Virus record (IMG/VR): IMGVR_UViG_3300037311_000024
Span: 52,350-116,349 of that record
Origin: a virus
Taxonomy: Duplodnaviria; Heunggongvirae; Uroviricota; Caudoviricetes
Strand: one strand, 5' to 3'
Length of the DNA stretch: 64,000 nucleotides
The position numbers and the translations under genes were made by a program. A model generated the notes under the pieces. That model had not been told where the DNA came from. It saw only the letters and a program-made list of their open reading frames with translations, and made no database searches. Below are positions 9,829-18,740 of the stretch, in pieces (positions within the stretch are counted from its first letter, which is position 1; the number at the start of each line of letters is the position of its first letter).

Positions 9829-10638
9829 TTAGTTCAACTTCAGTTCCTGGAACACAATTCTCTTCACTCGAGTATCCGAGATGTTGCCAGTGGCTTCAAA
9901 CTCGGCGATGTGATGAGAAGTGATTCCTTTCCCGCCAGCTTGGAGAGCAAGCATCGTGTCCAAGACTTGAGACTTCTTGATCTCGTTCGATGCCGGAGCA
10001 TCGTTCGATTTCTCGATAACCTCAAGGTTAGAGACGGAGCGCCTGTCGTAGGCTGGTTGGGACGCCAACTTCTCAACTTTCTCACTAAGACTCTTGATAA
10101 GTGTGTCCTTCTCATCAATAGCCTTTCTCAGGTCAGCGGTGCTATCAGCAATCGCTTTCTTAAGAACTTCTTCAGTCATGGCTGGTTTTTGCTCAACGGG
10201 AGCGGGAGCTTCTGCAGACTTAGCTACAGGCTCTTCAGTCTTCTCAGACTCTTCACGCCACGCTTTGATGAGTTCCAGCTCATCTTCGTCGAGACCAAGA
10301 GCAGCCAATTCTTCGATTGACTTCTTCATCTTCGACTTTTTAGATTTTTCTTCCTTCTCATCTTCGTCCTCGTCTTCTTCGTCCTCAGACTTAGAGACTT
10401 CGGCAGAAGGTGCCGTAGGATCAGCGATAGCTTCCGTAGCTCCGCCGTTGATGTTAGAAGCTTGCTCAACTGGCGCAGCTGCTTCAGCTACGACCGTTGG
10501 TGCAACCGACTCAGAGGTAATTGCTTTACTCACTTCTTCAGCTGGCGCTTTCGAAGCTTCTTCTTGCTCTTCCGAGGCGAGGATCTTTCCTACGATCTCG
10601 TCAACTGACTTCTTGATTTCTTGTTCGGTCACGTGCAT
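9829..10638 (-). CDS. scaffolding protein (putative)
   Basis: Highly acidic, coiled-coil, EEDEDEDEKEEK tract; between protease and capsid genes. Confidence 0.5.
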   Translation of the reverse strand: MHVTEQEIKKSVDEIVGKILASEEQEEASKAPAEEVSKAITSESVAPTVVAEAAAPVEQASNINGGATEAIADPTAPSAEVSKSEDEEDEDEDEKEEKSKKSKMKKSIEELAALGLDEDELELIKAWREESEKTEEPVAKSAEAPAPVEQKPAMTEEVLKKAIADSTADLRKAIDEKDTLIKSLSEKVEKLASQPAYDRRSVSNLEVIEKSNDAPASNEIKKSQVLDTMLALQAGGKGITSHHIAEFEATGNISDTRVKRIVFQELKLN

Positions 10639-10644
10639 TCTCCT

Positions 10645-11496
10645 TCAGTTCTTGTCTTCACCAAGACGATCCACGATACTCTCAACGACCATCTCGGCAA
10701 GTTCCATCGGGTCGTGAGACGGATACATCTCCTTCAAACTCTTCATCAAAGATCTTACCATAGCCTTCTTTTTGTTTTTCTTACCGGCTTGGTGGGTTAT
10801 GTTTTTAGGAGCTTGTTCTAGCGACTCTTTACTCATCGCTTCTCCACCGGATCGAGCTTCTGGAGCTTTTGCTCCGCCCGCTCCTGCCGACAAAGCTTTC
10901 TGAGCAAACTCTACGAGCTTCTCAAGATCTGCTTTCTCGATGGTGACGAAGTCCGAAGCTGACTGAGCTTCTGGCTCGTCTTTGATGATCTCGTCTGAGT
11001 TCAAAGATTTCACTAACTCCGCGTAAGTATAAGGATTTACTGGATCAAGGGTAAGGGCAACTTTGTCGATTCGAGCCTTCTTGATGGCTTTCTGGTTCGC
11101 GAAGTCGCGTTGGATGATCTTACCTTCGATGCTCATCTGAACACGGTTAGATGCGCCTTTTTTTAAAGATTTCAATATGTTATAGAACGCTTTAGCTCGA
11201 TCTTGATGCTTAAAAAGGTATCCTTTGACCATCAAGCACTTCTTGCCGTCTTGCTTTACGAACTCAGCGTCTTCGATCTGTCCTAGTACGTTCTCAGGAC
11301 CTTTCTGGTGATCGAAGTTAAAAAGACCTCGGCCAGCTTTAAGAAGGCTGATATCTAGTCCGTCTTGGTCGACGGTCTCACCTTGGAGATCCTCGTCTGC
11401 TGTGGACGCGATGCCCTGGATATGCCAGGTTTCGTCGTCGTTCTCAGATTTTGTAAGCTCTACAGGAACGTAGAACTTGAAGTTCTTTTCTGACAT
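10645..11496 (-). CDS. prohead protease, HK97 (S78)-like
   Basis: N-terminal IQGIASTADEDLQGETVDQDGL...LFNFDHQ... and ALTLDPVNPYT resemble S78 family blocks; position upstream of scaffold. Confidence 0.5.
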   Translation of the reverse strand: MSEKNFKFYVPVELTKSENDDETWHIQGIASTADEDLQGETVDQDGLDISLLKAGRGLFNFDHQKGPENVLGQIEDAEFVKQDGKKCLMVKGYLFKHQDRAKAFYNILKSLKKGASNRVQMSIEGKIIQRDFANQKAIKKARIDKVALTLDPVNPYTYAELVKSLNSDEIIKDEPEAQSASDFVTIEKADLEKLVEFAQKALSAGAGGAKAPEARSGGEAMSKESLEQAPKNITHQAGKKNKKKAMVRSLMKSLKEMYPSHDPMELAEMVVESIVDRLGEDKN

Positions 11497-11538
11497 AAAC
11501 CCTATTATATGCTCGATTCGTCAATCTTTACGGTGACG

Positions 11539-11784
11539 CTATTTTAACCTGGTTACTTCTCTTCGAAGCTTAGATATCGCCTTGCGTTCTATGGCGGTTA
11601 TCGCTGAGATGGACAGCTTCATGAGCTTAGCTATCTCTGACAGCGTGTGTGGATGATCATTGTACCTGAGGTACGTCCAGAAGCAGTTTCCGTAATCAGG
11701 AGCGTTGACCCACCAGTCGTGGCCTTTCTCTAACGGTAGCTTTTGTTCTCCGCACTTACAGTCGGAGGGGTGTGGATACCTCAT
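11539..11784 (-). CDS. sigma-70 region 4-like HTH protein with Cys/His N-terminus (late regulator candidate)
   Basis: TLSEIAKLMKLSISAITAIERKAISKLRR matches sigma region 4.2 pattern; CKCG...H...C N-terminal; first gene of minus-strand operon. Confidence 0.55.
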   Translation of the reverse strand: MRYPHPSDCKCGEQKLPLEKGHDWWVNAPDYGNCFWTYLRYNDHPHTLSEIAKLMKLSISAITAIERKAISKLRREVTRLK

Positions 11785-11987
11785 AGCAAACAGTATACCG
11801 ACTTGCTAAGTAAAAAACAAGTTTGGCATGTTTTTTGCTTGACTCTTCAAATCAAATATACCCTACTTGACAGAGTTGATTTTTTCCTATAGCCTCAAAG
11901 ACGTATGTTGTTTAGTTTTGGCGGAGGGGTAAGACCCCGACAGCCACTTAAACTAGTCAAACTAACCAAAGCAAAGAACGTCAAACC

Positions 11988-12020
11988 GGAACACGTGTGT
12001 TCTCCGAGAACATGTGTCCC
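11988..12020. promoter_or_regulatory. dyad-symmetric operator-like site in divergent promoter region
   Basis: GGAACACGTGTGTTCTC / GAGAACATGTGTCC imperfect inverted repeat between the two divergent operons. Confidence 0.4.
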
Positions 12021-12077
12021 ACGCTAGTTTACAAGCTTGTTTTTATCTTTAAAACTTTTTTCAAGTTAAGAAGCTGA

Positions 12078-12347
12078 TTGCGCCGCGCCGCAGCTTTTTA
12101 TATTGACCTGCGCGGTTCAAAGTGGCATTATCCATATATGGGAGAAGTGTTTAACTTTGAACAAGAGATTGAAAAGCTAGAAGATCAGAAGTGGGACATC
12201 CTTCTTCGTTACGGCGAGCACGTAGCCGCACGCAAGTGGATTCCTATCGACGCAAGGTTGAACAAGCTGTACGTCTGGTGGACCAACAAACTAATATCCG
12301 AAGGTCGCGAACGCGAACTTCCTTTTCACAGAAGAGTATTAAAGTGA
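12078..12347 (+). CDS. hypothetical protein (start probably internal ATG at 12138)
   Basis: Listed start overlaps promoter; MGEVFNFEQ... from 12138 more plausible; GTGA overlap with next gene. Confidence 0.3.
   Translation: MRRAAAFYIDLRGSKWHYPYMGEVFNFEQEIEKLEDQKWDILLRYGEHVAARKWIPIDARLNKLYVWWTNKLISEGRERELPFHRRVLK
12103..12131 (+). promoter_or_regulatory. sigma70-like promoter (TTGACC-17-CATTAT)
   Basis: Hexamers with 17-nt spacer upstream of first plus-strand gene. Confidence 0.4.
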
Positions 12348-13231
12348 AGACTTGGACTGAAGGTAGAATCGTAGCAGGAAAGGCACAGCTTGACAGCTTC
12401 GTGTTTCCGTTACACTACTCAGGTCCAGCTGCTTGGGAAGGTATTCGTGCCTACGTACAAGACGACGGGACTTGTAAGATCTTTAAACTACGAGAGCACG
12501 TACAGCGGTTGTTTGATTCAGCAAAAGTCTTAGGAATGAAGATCCCGTACACACCCGCTCAGGTTGAGAAGGCCTGTGAAGACATCGTACAGGCTAACGG
12601 CAACCAAGATCTCTACCTTAGGCCTATCGCCTTCGTAGAAGGCGACGCGGAAGGTATTCACACGAACGCTGGAAAAGTTCGACTAGACATCTACTGCGTT
12701 CCTGTTCCTAAGCTCCATAAAGATTCTGACAAAGGTATCAAGATGGTTATCTCGAACGTAGTTCGTGGATACCCACAGTTCAACATGCAGGTCAAGACAC
12801 CTGCGAACTACTCAGTATTAGCTACGGTGAAGCCATTACTCGAACAGACAGGATGCCAAGACGCATTCCTCGTAGACAACAACGGTTTCATCGTTGAGGC
12901 CACTGTAGCTAACTTTTTTGTAATAAAAGGCGATGTCATAATGACTCCGCCGAACCACGGAAGCATCCTACCAGGAATCACTCGAGCAAGCATCGCTCAG
13001 ATCTTAAACGATCGACCAGCCATGTTCTCGAAGTACAAGCGAGTACCGATCCTGATGGAGAAGCCCATCACGAAGACCGATCTGTATATAGCTGACTGTG
13101 TCATCTTGGTAGGCACTTACGCGGAAGTAGTCAAAGTTTCCGAGATCGACGGAAGAAGCATCTCTGGAGACGATTTTTACTTCAAGATGTTGGGTACTGA
13201 GTACTCAAATCTAGTGCGAGGTCGCAAGTGA
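12344..13231 (+). CDS. class IV (branched-chain amino acid / D-amino acid) aminotransferase
   Basis: GTG start in frame; WEGIRAY, YLRP, VKTPANY (PLP-Lys region), TPPNHGSILPGITRASI match IlvE-type fold IV aminotransferases. Confidence 0.75.
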   Translation: MKTWTEGRIVAGKAQLDSFVFPLHYSGPAAWEGIRAYVQDDGTCKIFKLREHVQRLFDSAKVLGMKIPYTPAQVEKACEDIVQANGNQDLYLRPIAFVEGDAEGIHTNAGKVRLDIYCVPVPKLHKDSDKGIKMVISNVVRGYPQFNMQVKTPANYSVLATVKPLLEQTGCQDAFLVDNNGFIVEATVANFFVIKGDVIMTPPNHGSILPGITRASIAQILNDRPAMFSKYKRVPILMEKPITKTDLYIADCVILVGTYAEVVKVSEIDGRSISGDDFYFKMLGTEYSNLVRGRK

Positions 13232-13452
13232 AATTTTCAGATCTTAAGATTGAATACTCCGTAGGAAAGGTCAGGCTCACGGAAGCGAACGTACTTGTTC
13301 TAGACGTGACCGACATGGAAGCAGTCGAGTACTGGGAAGAGCGTTTAAAAGCCTTAAAACAGAGCTACGTCATAGCTTTTAGAAAAGAAGGCGAAAAAGT
13401 CCTGTACTCCATCTTTGCGGATCTTAGAAAGAAAGGAAGTCCTTTCAGATGA
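13228..13452 (+). CDS. hypothetical protein
   Basis: 74-aa ORF, ATGA overlaps both sides. Confidence 0.4.
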   Translation: MKFSDLKIEYSVGKVRLTEANVLVLDVTDMEAVEYWEERLKALKQSYVIAFRKEGEKVLYSIFADLRKKGSPFR

Positions 13453-14057
13453 TCAACTCTAAACGTCTAAAACCAGGTAGTGATCTAGACTCTTGTGTGG
13501 AAGAGAAGAGAACTCCGTCTTGGCTTCTTAAACTTAGACTGTGGTGGTACGACTTCGCTCCCGTTCGTTGGTACCATGACCTAGGAACTTTGTACCGCCG
13601 ACTAAAGAGAGCATACAAGTGGGCTAAGAACTGCATCTGGACAAACTGGGACTTTGATGCCCACAGCATCTTCCCACTGCTCGAGTACAAGCTTAAGCGT
13701 ATAGAGCATTGCTTGATCAACGGCCATGCCGTTCAAGAAGACCGAGACATGAAGGCCCTTAGGATCGCCATCAAGCTAGCTAAGCGCGTGTCGGATTCTT
13801 ACCACGAAGAGAAGTTGTACGATCGGCACGAACGCAAGTGGGGGGCTCACGCACCTTGGAAAGAATCTTGGAAAGAGAACGAGGACGGAACTTCTACTTA
13901 CGTTGGTCGTAGGCTTAAGGTTAAGAGTGATCAGGATAAAGAGCTGGAAACAGCAGACCTTCGAAGCCTGTGGAAGAAGGAAGAAGAGTGGCGTTCTCGA
14001 GACGAGAAACTTCTCTTTGCGATCATTCAAAAATACTACAAGGTTTGGTGGGACTAA
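13449..14057 (+). CDS. hypothetical protein
   Basis: 202-aa Trp/Lys-rich ORF. Confidence 0.45.
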   Translation: MINSKRLKPGSDLDSCVEEKRTPSWLLKLRLWWYDFAPVRWYHDLGTLYRRLKRAYKWAKNCIWTNWDFDAHSIFPLLEYKLKRIEHCLINGHAVQEDRDMKALRIAIKLAKRVSDSYHEEKLYDRHERKWGAHAPWKESWKENEDGTSTYVGRRLKVKSDQDKELETADLRSLWKKEEEWRSRDEKLLFAIIQKYYKVWWD

Positions 14058-14059
14058 AC

Positions 14060-14272
14060 ATGAGCCGAGACCAGTTTAATACCGACGCAGAGTACAAGCA
14101 GCAGTTGATCAAAGATCTTCTCACCATCTGTGAAGAGCTGGGGTGGAACGTGGCTATCCCTCAAGTAGAAGAGGACGACGAGGTTCCGGGACTGATCATC
14201 GGAACGGCAGAGTACGTCGAGATGGTAACCGAAGCTCTAGACGAAGGAGGCTCAAGTGTCGGAACAGCCTGA
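14060..14272 (+). CDS. hypothetical acidic protein
   Basis: ATG at 14060 right after upstream stop (MSRDQFNTDAEYKQ...). Confidence 0.4.
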   Translation: MSRDQFNTDAEYKQQLIKDLLTICEELGWNVAIPQVEEDDEVPGLIIGTAEYVEMVTEALDEGGSSVGTA

Positions 14273-14483
14273 TCCTTTCTTAGGTTTGATCTTCATCTTG
14301 ATTGGAACCTTAGTAGTATCCAAGCTGGTAAGCCTCTTCGTAGGAGTAGGCGAACCCCCAGCAGCCCAGAAAGAGCCATGCAAGCTTCATAAGTGGAGTA
14401 CCAATCCAGCGACCGAGAAGCTTCAATGCACGGAGTGCAACTACGTGTCCGGTACTCACACTACTGACGGAGGAAACTACTGA
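14256..14483 (+). CDS. small membrane protein
   Basis: Hydrophobic N-terminal helix; Cys pairs at C-terminus. Confidence 0.4.
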   Translation: MSEQPDPFLGLIFILIGTLVVSKLVSLFVGVGEPPAAQKEPCKLHKWSTNPATEKLQCTECNYVSGTHTTDGGNY

Positions 14484-14785
14484 TGGAAGATCTTAAGATA
14501 AGCGAAGAAGGTAAGAAGAAGGTCATGGAGCACTTGAAAGCCGCTAGAAAAGCTTTCTTAGGAGTGTTCTTGATCTCCATGCTCTTAGGACTAGTGTCCG
14601 TAGTCCCAGTGGTACTTTTGTCAATGTTGTTCGGAGTTCTACACTCCGTGTACCCTACCGTTCTCGGAATCATATCAGTGCTTATCATCCAGTTCAAGTA
14701 CGTTAAGCCCAGGACGGACATGATCGTAAAACGGCTGCACGAGCAGCTTAAGCAGATCTTAGAAGAGGAAAGAACCAAACCATGA
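14483..14785 (+). CDS. membrane protein (2 TM)
   Basis: Two hydrophobic helices. Confidence 0.4.
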   Translation: MEDLKISEEGKKKVMEHLKAARKAFLGVFLISMLLGLVSVVPVVLLSMLFGVLHSVYPTVLGIISVLIIQFKYVKPRTDMIVKRLHEQLKQILEEERTKP

Positions 14786-14946
14786 AGTACCTAGTGTTGA
14801 CCTTGTTGTTATTGACAGGCTGTACTACCGTGAACTTAAACTTAGACTGCTACGACGTTATGGTCGACGGGCAGGTCGTACGTAAGTGCGAGCCTCGAGA
14901 AAGACCAGAACGACTCTACAGAGAATATGGGCCGAGGGATCGATGA
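14782..14946 (+). CDS. small lipoprotein
   Basis: MKYLVLTLLLLTGC lipobox signal; ATGA overlaps at both ends; not in ORF track (54 aa). Confidence 0.4.
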   Translation: MKYLVLTLLLLTGCTTVNLNLDCYDVMVDGQVVRKCEPRERPERLYREYGPRDR

Positions 14947-15401
14947 AGATTAAGAAGAATGAGTACCTTCCCTTAGACCACGAAGCCGTGTGTAGGCTTA
15001 TGGAAGGTGAGCTTACCTTCGTAAACTACATGAACGTAGGAAGTCAAGGCGACGTAACTGCAGCGATCTACCGCGCAGCAAAGCCGAACCTCGAGAAGGG
15101 CCACAAAGAGTTCATGCTCTTGTACTACCAGGGCGATCAGCTGATGGTATCAGGCATGACGCGTGAGCAAATTAAGAAGTACAGCAAAGCCAAAGGTGTA
15201 CTCTGTACGAGCTGCGATACGTTCTTGTTTAGCGTTTACAGACACGATTACCACACCTGCGACTGCCCGAACGGTACGCTGGTAGACGGCGGTAGAGACT
15301 ACCTAAAAACGGGAGGAGCCGACCTCGGTAAGATGGTGTCCGGTACCATCGATCTGCTAAACGATCAGATAGTTCTTGACTTAAAAGATCAAAAATCGTA
15401 A
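14943..15401 (+). CDS. hypothetical Cys/His-rich protein
   Basis: ATG 14943 in frame with listed ORF; C..C..H..C.C pattern. Confidence 0.45.
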   Translation: MKIKKNEYLPLDHEAVCRLMEGELTFVNYMNVGSQGDVTAAIYRAAKPNLEKGHKEFMLLYYQGDQLMVSGMTREQIKKYSKAKGVLCTSCDTFLFSVYRHDYHTCDCPNGTLVDGGRDYLKTGGADLGKMVSGTIDLLNDQIVLDLKDQKS

Positions 15402-15410
15402 AGTAAACAG

Positions 15411-15755
15411 ATGGAGGACGGCATGCCAAGAAATATCAGAGAGAAGATCTCCGCCATCGTAAACGATGCTTATGATCTAAGACAGGAATCTGTCATTACC
15501 CGACTTGAGAACCTCATCAAAGATGAGCTTCAGATGCGCGACGAGGACCGAGTTTTGACCTATCATGACATCTGCGTCATCAAGTCCGCCGCCACCTCTG
15601 AATATACAAAGATGAACCTTACCAAAGACGGTATCGGAAGCAAGATGTACGGAGACGGAGAAGCTATCCGGTTCTTATGCATCTTTAACGCCGTCATCAG
15701 TTTTCTTAGGTCTAAGAACCTCATAAACTTCAAGTTTGATTATGAGAGAAAGTAG
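15411..15755 (+). CDS. hypothetical protein
   Basis: 114-aa ORF with RBS-like GGAGGA upstream. Confidence 0.45.
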   Translation: MEDGMPRNIREKISAIVNDAYDLRQESVITRLENLIKDELQMRDEDRVLTYHDICVIKSAATSEYTKMNLTKDGIGSKMYGDGEAIRFLCIFNAVISFLRSKNLINFKFDYERK

Positions 15756-15764
15756 GGCTGGACA

Positions 15765-16106
15765 ATGACCGGAACTATTGATAAGATCAGATCTGAGATT
15801 GAATATCACAAATCGCTTCTTCGACTAGATCTCAGACAAGTAGAAGATCCTCACAACAGTGAGTCCTTGAAGAGTCTTTTTCAGAAGCAAGCGGATCGTA
15901 ACGCGGCTACGATCGAAAAGCTAGAGCTGCAGTTGAAGGAGCTTTTATGTACCGATGTCCCTCATGTAGAAAAACCCAAACAGCCGGATCAAAGCAAGTC
16001 AAAGTCGTCACGCAAACGCGTGAGCGTACGTACCAAAACACGATCCGCCGGGGTAAAACTACGAAGGTCATCGAGTCGAAAGGCTCCGAGATCGTCAAAG
16101 AAGTAG
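15765..16106 (+). CDS. hypothetical coiled-coil protein with basic tail (overlaps next ORF in another frame)
   Basis: N-terminal half looks genuine; C-terminal K/R/S tail overlaps 15947..16150. Confidence 0.3.
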   Translation: MTGTIDKIRSEIEYHKSLLRLDLRQVEDPHNSESLKSLFQKQADRNAATIEKLELQLKELLCTDVPHVEKPKQPDQSKSKSSRKRVSVRTKTRSAGVKLRRSSSRKAPRSSKK

Positions 16107-16150
16107 GCGTATGTCAGAACTGCGCCGACAAGCTTAAAAAATCCGCTTAA
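15947..16150 (+). CDS. zinc-ribbon protein
   Basis: CPSC...CQNC four-Cys pattern. Confidence 0.4.
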   Translation: MYRCPSCRKTQTAGSKQVKVVTQTRERTYQNTIRRGKTTKVIESKGSEIVKEVGVCQNCADKLKKSA

Positions 16151-16174
16151 TCGCACAAAGAATCAGGAGCATCT

Positions 16175-18043
16175 ATGAAGCCGTGGAGCAATCTGTCCAG
16201 GGTTGTGTACGCCCGTACGTACAGCCGCAACGACGTAAAACAAGAACAATATCAAGACACAGTGGATCGGGTTCTTGCCGGAAACTTTCGACTTGTCGCC
16301 GACAACAAAGAACATCGAAAAGAGAAAGCAGAACTTCGTCAGGTCATGCTTGACCGCAAAGGCGGACCGGCAGGTCGCGGGTACTGGTACTCTGGAGCCC
16401 CTTCGCACGACAGTCTCGGAGGAGTAGCGCTAAACAACTGCTGGTTCGTCACGCTCGACAACTGGTACAACTACGTCGTGGCTGCAGACCTCCTGATGCT
16501 GGGCGGAGGTGTTGGAGCTTCTGTTGAGTATCGCTACGTCAACAAGCTGCCTAACGTAAAGGCATCAGTAAACATCATCCACAAAGCCACCAAGGACGCG
16601 GACTTCATCGTGCCGGACTCAAGAGAGGGATGGTGTGAGCTGATCCGTAGGTGTCTTGAGGCTTTCTTCGTAACGGGAAGAAGCTTTACCTACTCTACGG
16701 TCTGCATCCGCCCCTACGGCGAACCTATCAAAGGGTTTGGTGGGGTAGCCTCAGGCCCAAACCCGCTCGTCAAGATGATCGACAACATCTGCGCCATCTT
16801 GATCAGTCGGCAGGGTAAACATGTTCGACCAGTCGATGCCATGGACATCCTGTGTGCCATCGGCGAGATGGTTGTTGCGGGCAACGTGCGCAGGTCTGCG
16901 ATCATCATCATCGGAGAGCCTAACGATAAAGATTATCTGACCTCCAAGCGTTGGGACTTAGGTCCTATCCCTAACTACCGAGCTTTCGCAAACTTGTCGG
17001 TGGTATGCTCGGACGTAGAGGATCTTCATCCTTTGTTCTGGAAGACTTACGAGCAGGGTGAACCGTTTGGTATTGTCAACCTGAAGAACATCCGTAAGTA
17101 CGGACGAATGGGAGAGTTGAAGAAGGATACAGCCAGAGGCGTAAACCCCTGCGCAGAAGCTACCCTTGAATCGTACGAACCGTGCAACCTCCAAGAGATC
17201 GTTCTTTCTAATCTTGAAGGACCAGCGGAGTTCTTTAAGATCGCAAAACTCCTTCATCGCTACGGAAAGCGAGTCACCCTCGAGAAGTACCATCATCCTG
17301 AGGTTCAAGAAGTTATCAGCAGGAATCGACGAGTGGGTACGGGAATCACAGGTTGTCTAGAATCACCTCTGTTCACTCCGGAAGTGCTAGACCAAGCTTA
17401 CGCTGCTATCCAGAAGGAGAATCACGACTACTCTAAGCAGCTTGACATTCCAGAGTCTATCAGGACTACGGTCATCAAACCGTCTGGAACGCTGTCTAAG
17501 ATGTTTGACGCCATCTGCGAGGGAATCCACCCAGCGTACTCAAAGTATTATATTCAGCGTGTGCGCTTGGCAGCTAACGATAAGCTTATCCCGCTTTTGA
17601 AAGCTGCGGGGCACTACATGGAACCGGTGATCAGGTTTGACGGAACTTTCGATTCAAACACCATGGTGGTCGACTTCTACTGTCAAACACCAGAAGGAGT
17701 ACCCACAGCGGACACCGACTGCGATACATGGAAGCAACTTGACGCCGTTCTGATGGCTCAGAAGCATTGGGCGGATCAGTCGGTTTCGGTTACCGTGTAC
17801 TACCGAAGAGAGGAAGTTTCTAAGGTCAAAACTTGGCTAGCAGATAATCTAAAGAGCTTGAAGACCATCAGCTTCCTGTGCCACTCCGACCACGGATTTA
17901 AGCAAGCTCCGAAAGAAGCTATCACGAAGGAGCAGTACGAGAAAGGCATCTCTACGCTCAGATCCTTAGAGATGAACGATGTCGGAACCGGCGCAGACCT
18001 TACCGACCTCGAGTGTGCTGGCGGTGTATGCCCTGTTAAATAG
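16175..18043 (+). CDS. ribonucleotide reductase, class II-like (adenosylcobalamin type)
   Basis: NPCAEATLESYEPCNLQEI matches NPCGE...CNL active-site block; C-terminal CAGGVC pair; 622 aa. Confidence 0.55.
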   Translation: MKPWSNLSRVVYARTYSRNDVKQEQYQDTVDRVLAGNFRLVADNKEHRKEKAELRQVMLDRKGGPAGRGYWYSGAPSHDSLGGVALNNCWFVTLDNWYNYVVAADLLMLGGGVGASVEYRYVNKLPNVKASVNIIHKATKDADFIVPDSREGWCELIRRCLEAFFVTGRSFTYSTVCIRPYGEPIKGFGGVASGPNPLVKMIDNICAILISRQGKHVRPVDAMDILCAIGEMVVAGNVRRSAIIIIGEPNDKDYLTSKRWDLGPIPNYRAFANLSVVCSDVEDLHPLFWKTYEQGEPFGIVNLKNIRKYGRMGELKKDTARGVNPCAEATLESYEPCNLQEIVLSNLEGPAEFFKIAKLLHRYGKRVTLEKYHHPEVQEVISRNRRVGTGITGCLESPLFTPEVLDQAYAAIQKENHDYSKQLDIPESIRTTVIKPSGTLSKMFDAICEGIHPAYSKYYIQRVRLAANDKLIPLLKAAGHYMEPVIRFDGTFDSNTMVVDFYCQTPEGVPTADTDCDTWKQLDAVLMAQKHWADQSVSVTVYYRREEVSKVKTWLADNLKSLKTISFLCHSDHGFKQAPKEAITKEQYEKGISTLRSLEMNDVGTGADLTDLECAGGVCPVK

Positions 18044-18081
18044 TTCTTGACCAAGAAGCTCAGAAAGAGTAGGATCATAGT

Positions 18082-18507
18082 ATGAAAGTTAAGTTTAAGA
18101 AACTTCATCCTGACGCTGTCATCCCTTCGTACGCTAAACCTGGAGACGCAGGACTTGACTTGACAGCCATCTCTAAGGAGTTTGACTCTGAGAAAGAGCT
18201 GGTCGTCATGGGAACTGGACTAGCCGTGGAGATTCCGGAAGGCTACGTCGGTTTGATCTTTCCTAGAAGCTCTATCGTAAAGACTCCACTTATGCTCAAG
18301 AACTGCGTTGGGGTCATCGATTCTGGATATCGTGGCGAGGTAAAGTTCTTCTTTGAGCCCGGAAGTCGCCCTCGTAAGAACTACGAGGTAGGCGACCGCA
18401 TCGGTCAGCTCGTGATCATGCCTTACCCTACGATCGAGCCTGAAGAGGCGGAAGAACTTTCAGACTCAGCTCGCGGCACTGGTGGTTTTGGGAGCAGCGG
18501 TCGATGA
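18082..18507 (+). CDS. dut: dUTP diphosphatase
   Basis: All five dUTPase motifs: AGLDL, PRSS, VIDSGYRGEV, RIGQL, RGTGGFGSSG. Confidence 0.9.
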   Translation: MKVKFKKLHPDAVIPSYAKPGDAGLDLTAISKEFDSEKELVVMGTGLAVEIPEGYVGLIFPRSSIVKTPLMLKNCVGVIDSGYRGEVKFFFEPGSRPRKNYEVGDRIGQLVIMPYPTIEPEEAEELSDSARGTGGFGSSGR

Positions 18508-18740
18508 GCAAGGTTTACGTGTTATCAGGATGGTCTTCGGTCTATCAAGACCCAGGTTTTGAGATGGAGTTTAAGACCATCGAAGAGGCCAAGAAAGCTG
18601 CCGTCGAGCTTCTTGAGAAGCGAGGTCAAACCTCTCTTAGGATCTACGAAGCAAAACAACTCTACTCAGGTAGACGCGGTAACGGCGATAGCAGTTACGT
18701 GTTTGAGGTGCGTAATGGTAAAACTCGTAGCGCTGACTAA
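18504..18740 (+). CDS. hypothetical protein
   Basis: 78 aa; ATGA overlap with dut; overlaps thyX start by 26 nt. Confidence 0.4.
   Translation: MSKVYVLSGWSSVYQDPGFEMEFKTIEEAKKAAVELLEKRGQTSLRIYEAKQLYSGRRGNGDSSYVFEVRNGKTRSAD

Noticed and set aside
8371-10717. Multiple long ORFs antisense or out of frame within the capsid and scaffold genes (8371..8907, 8603..8797, 8622..8864, 9028..9729, 10094..10717)
   Set aside because: Low-complexity Ala/Ser/Arg-rich translations produced by the GC-rich, repetitive sense sequence; fully nested in better-supported genes
12191-12343. Listed 12191 start of the aminotransferase ORF
   Set aside because: N-terminal 51 aa are Arg/Ser-rich and overlap the upstream ORF; the conserved aminotransferase N-terminus begins at the in-frame GTG 12344, which overlaps the upstream TGA
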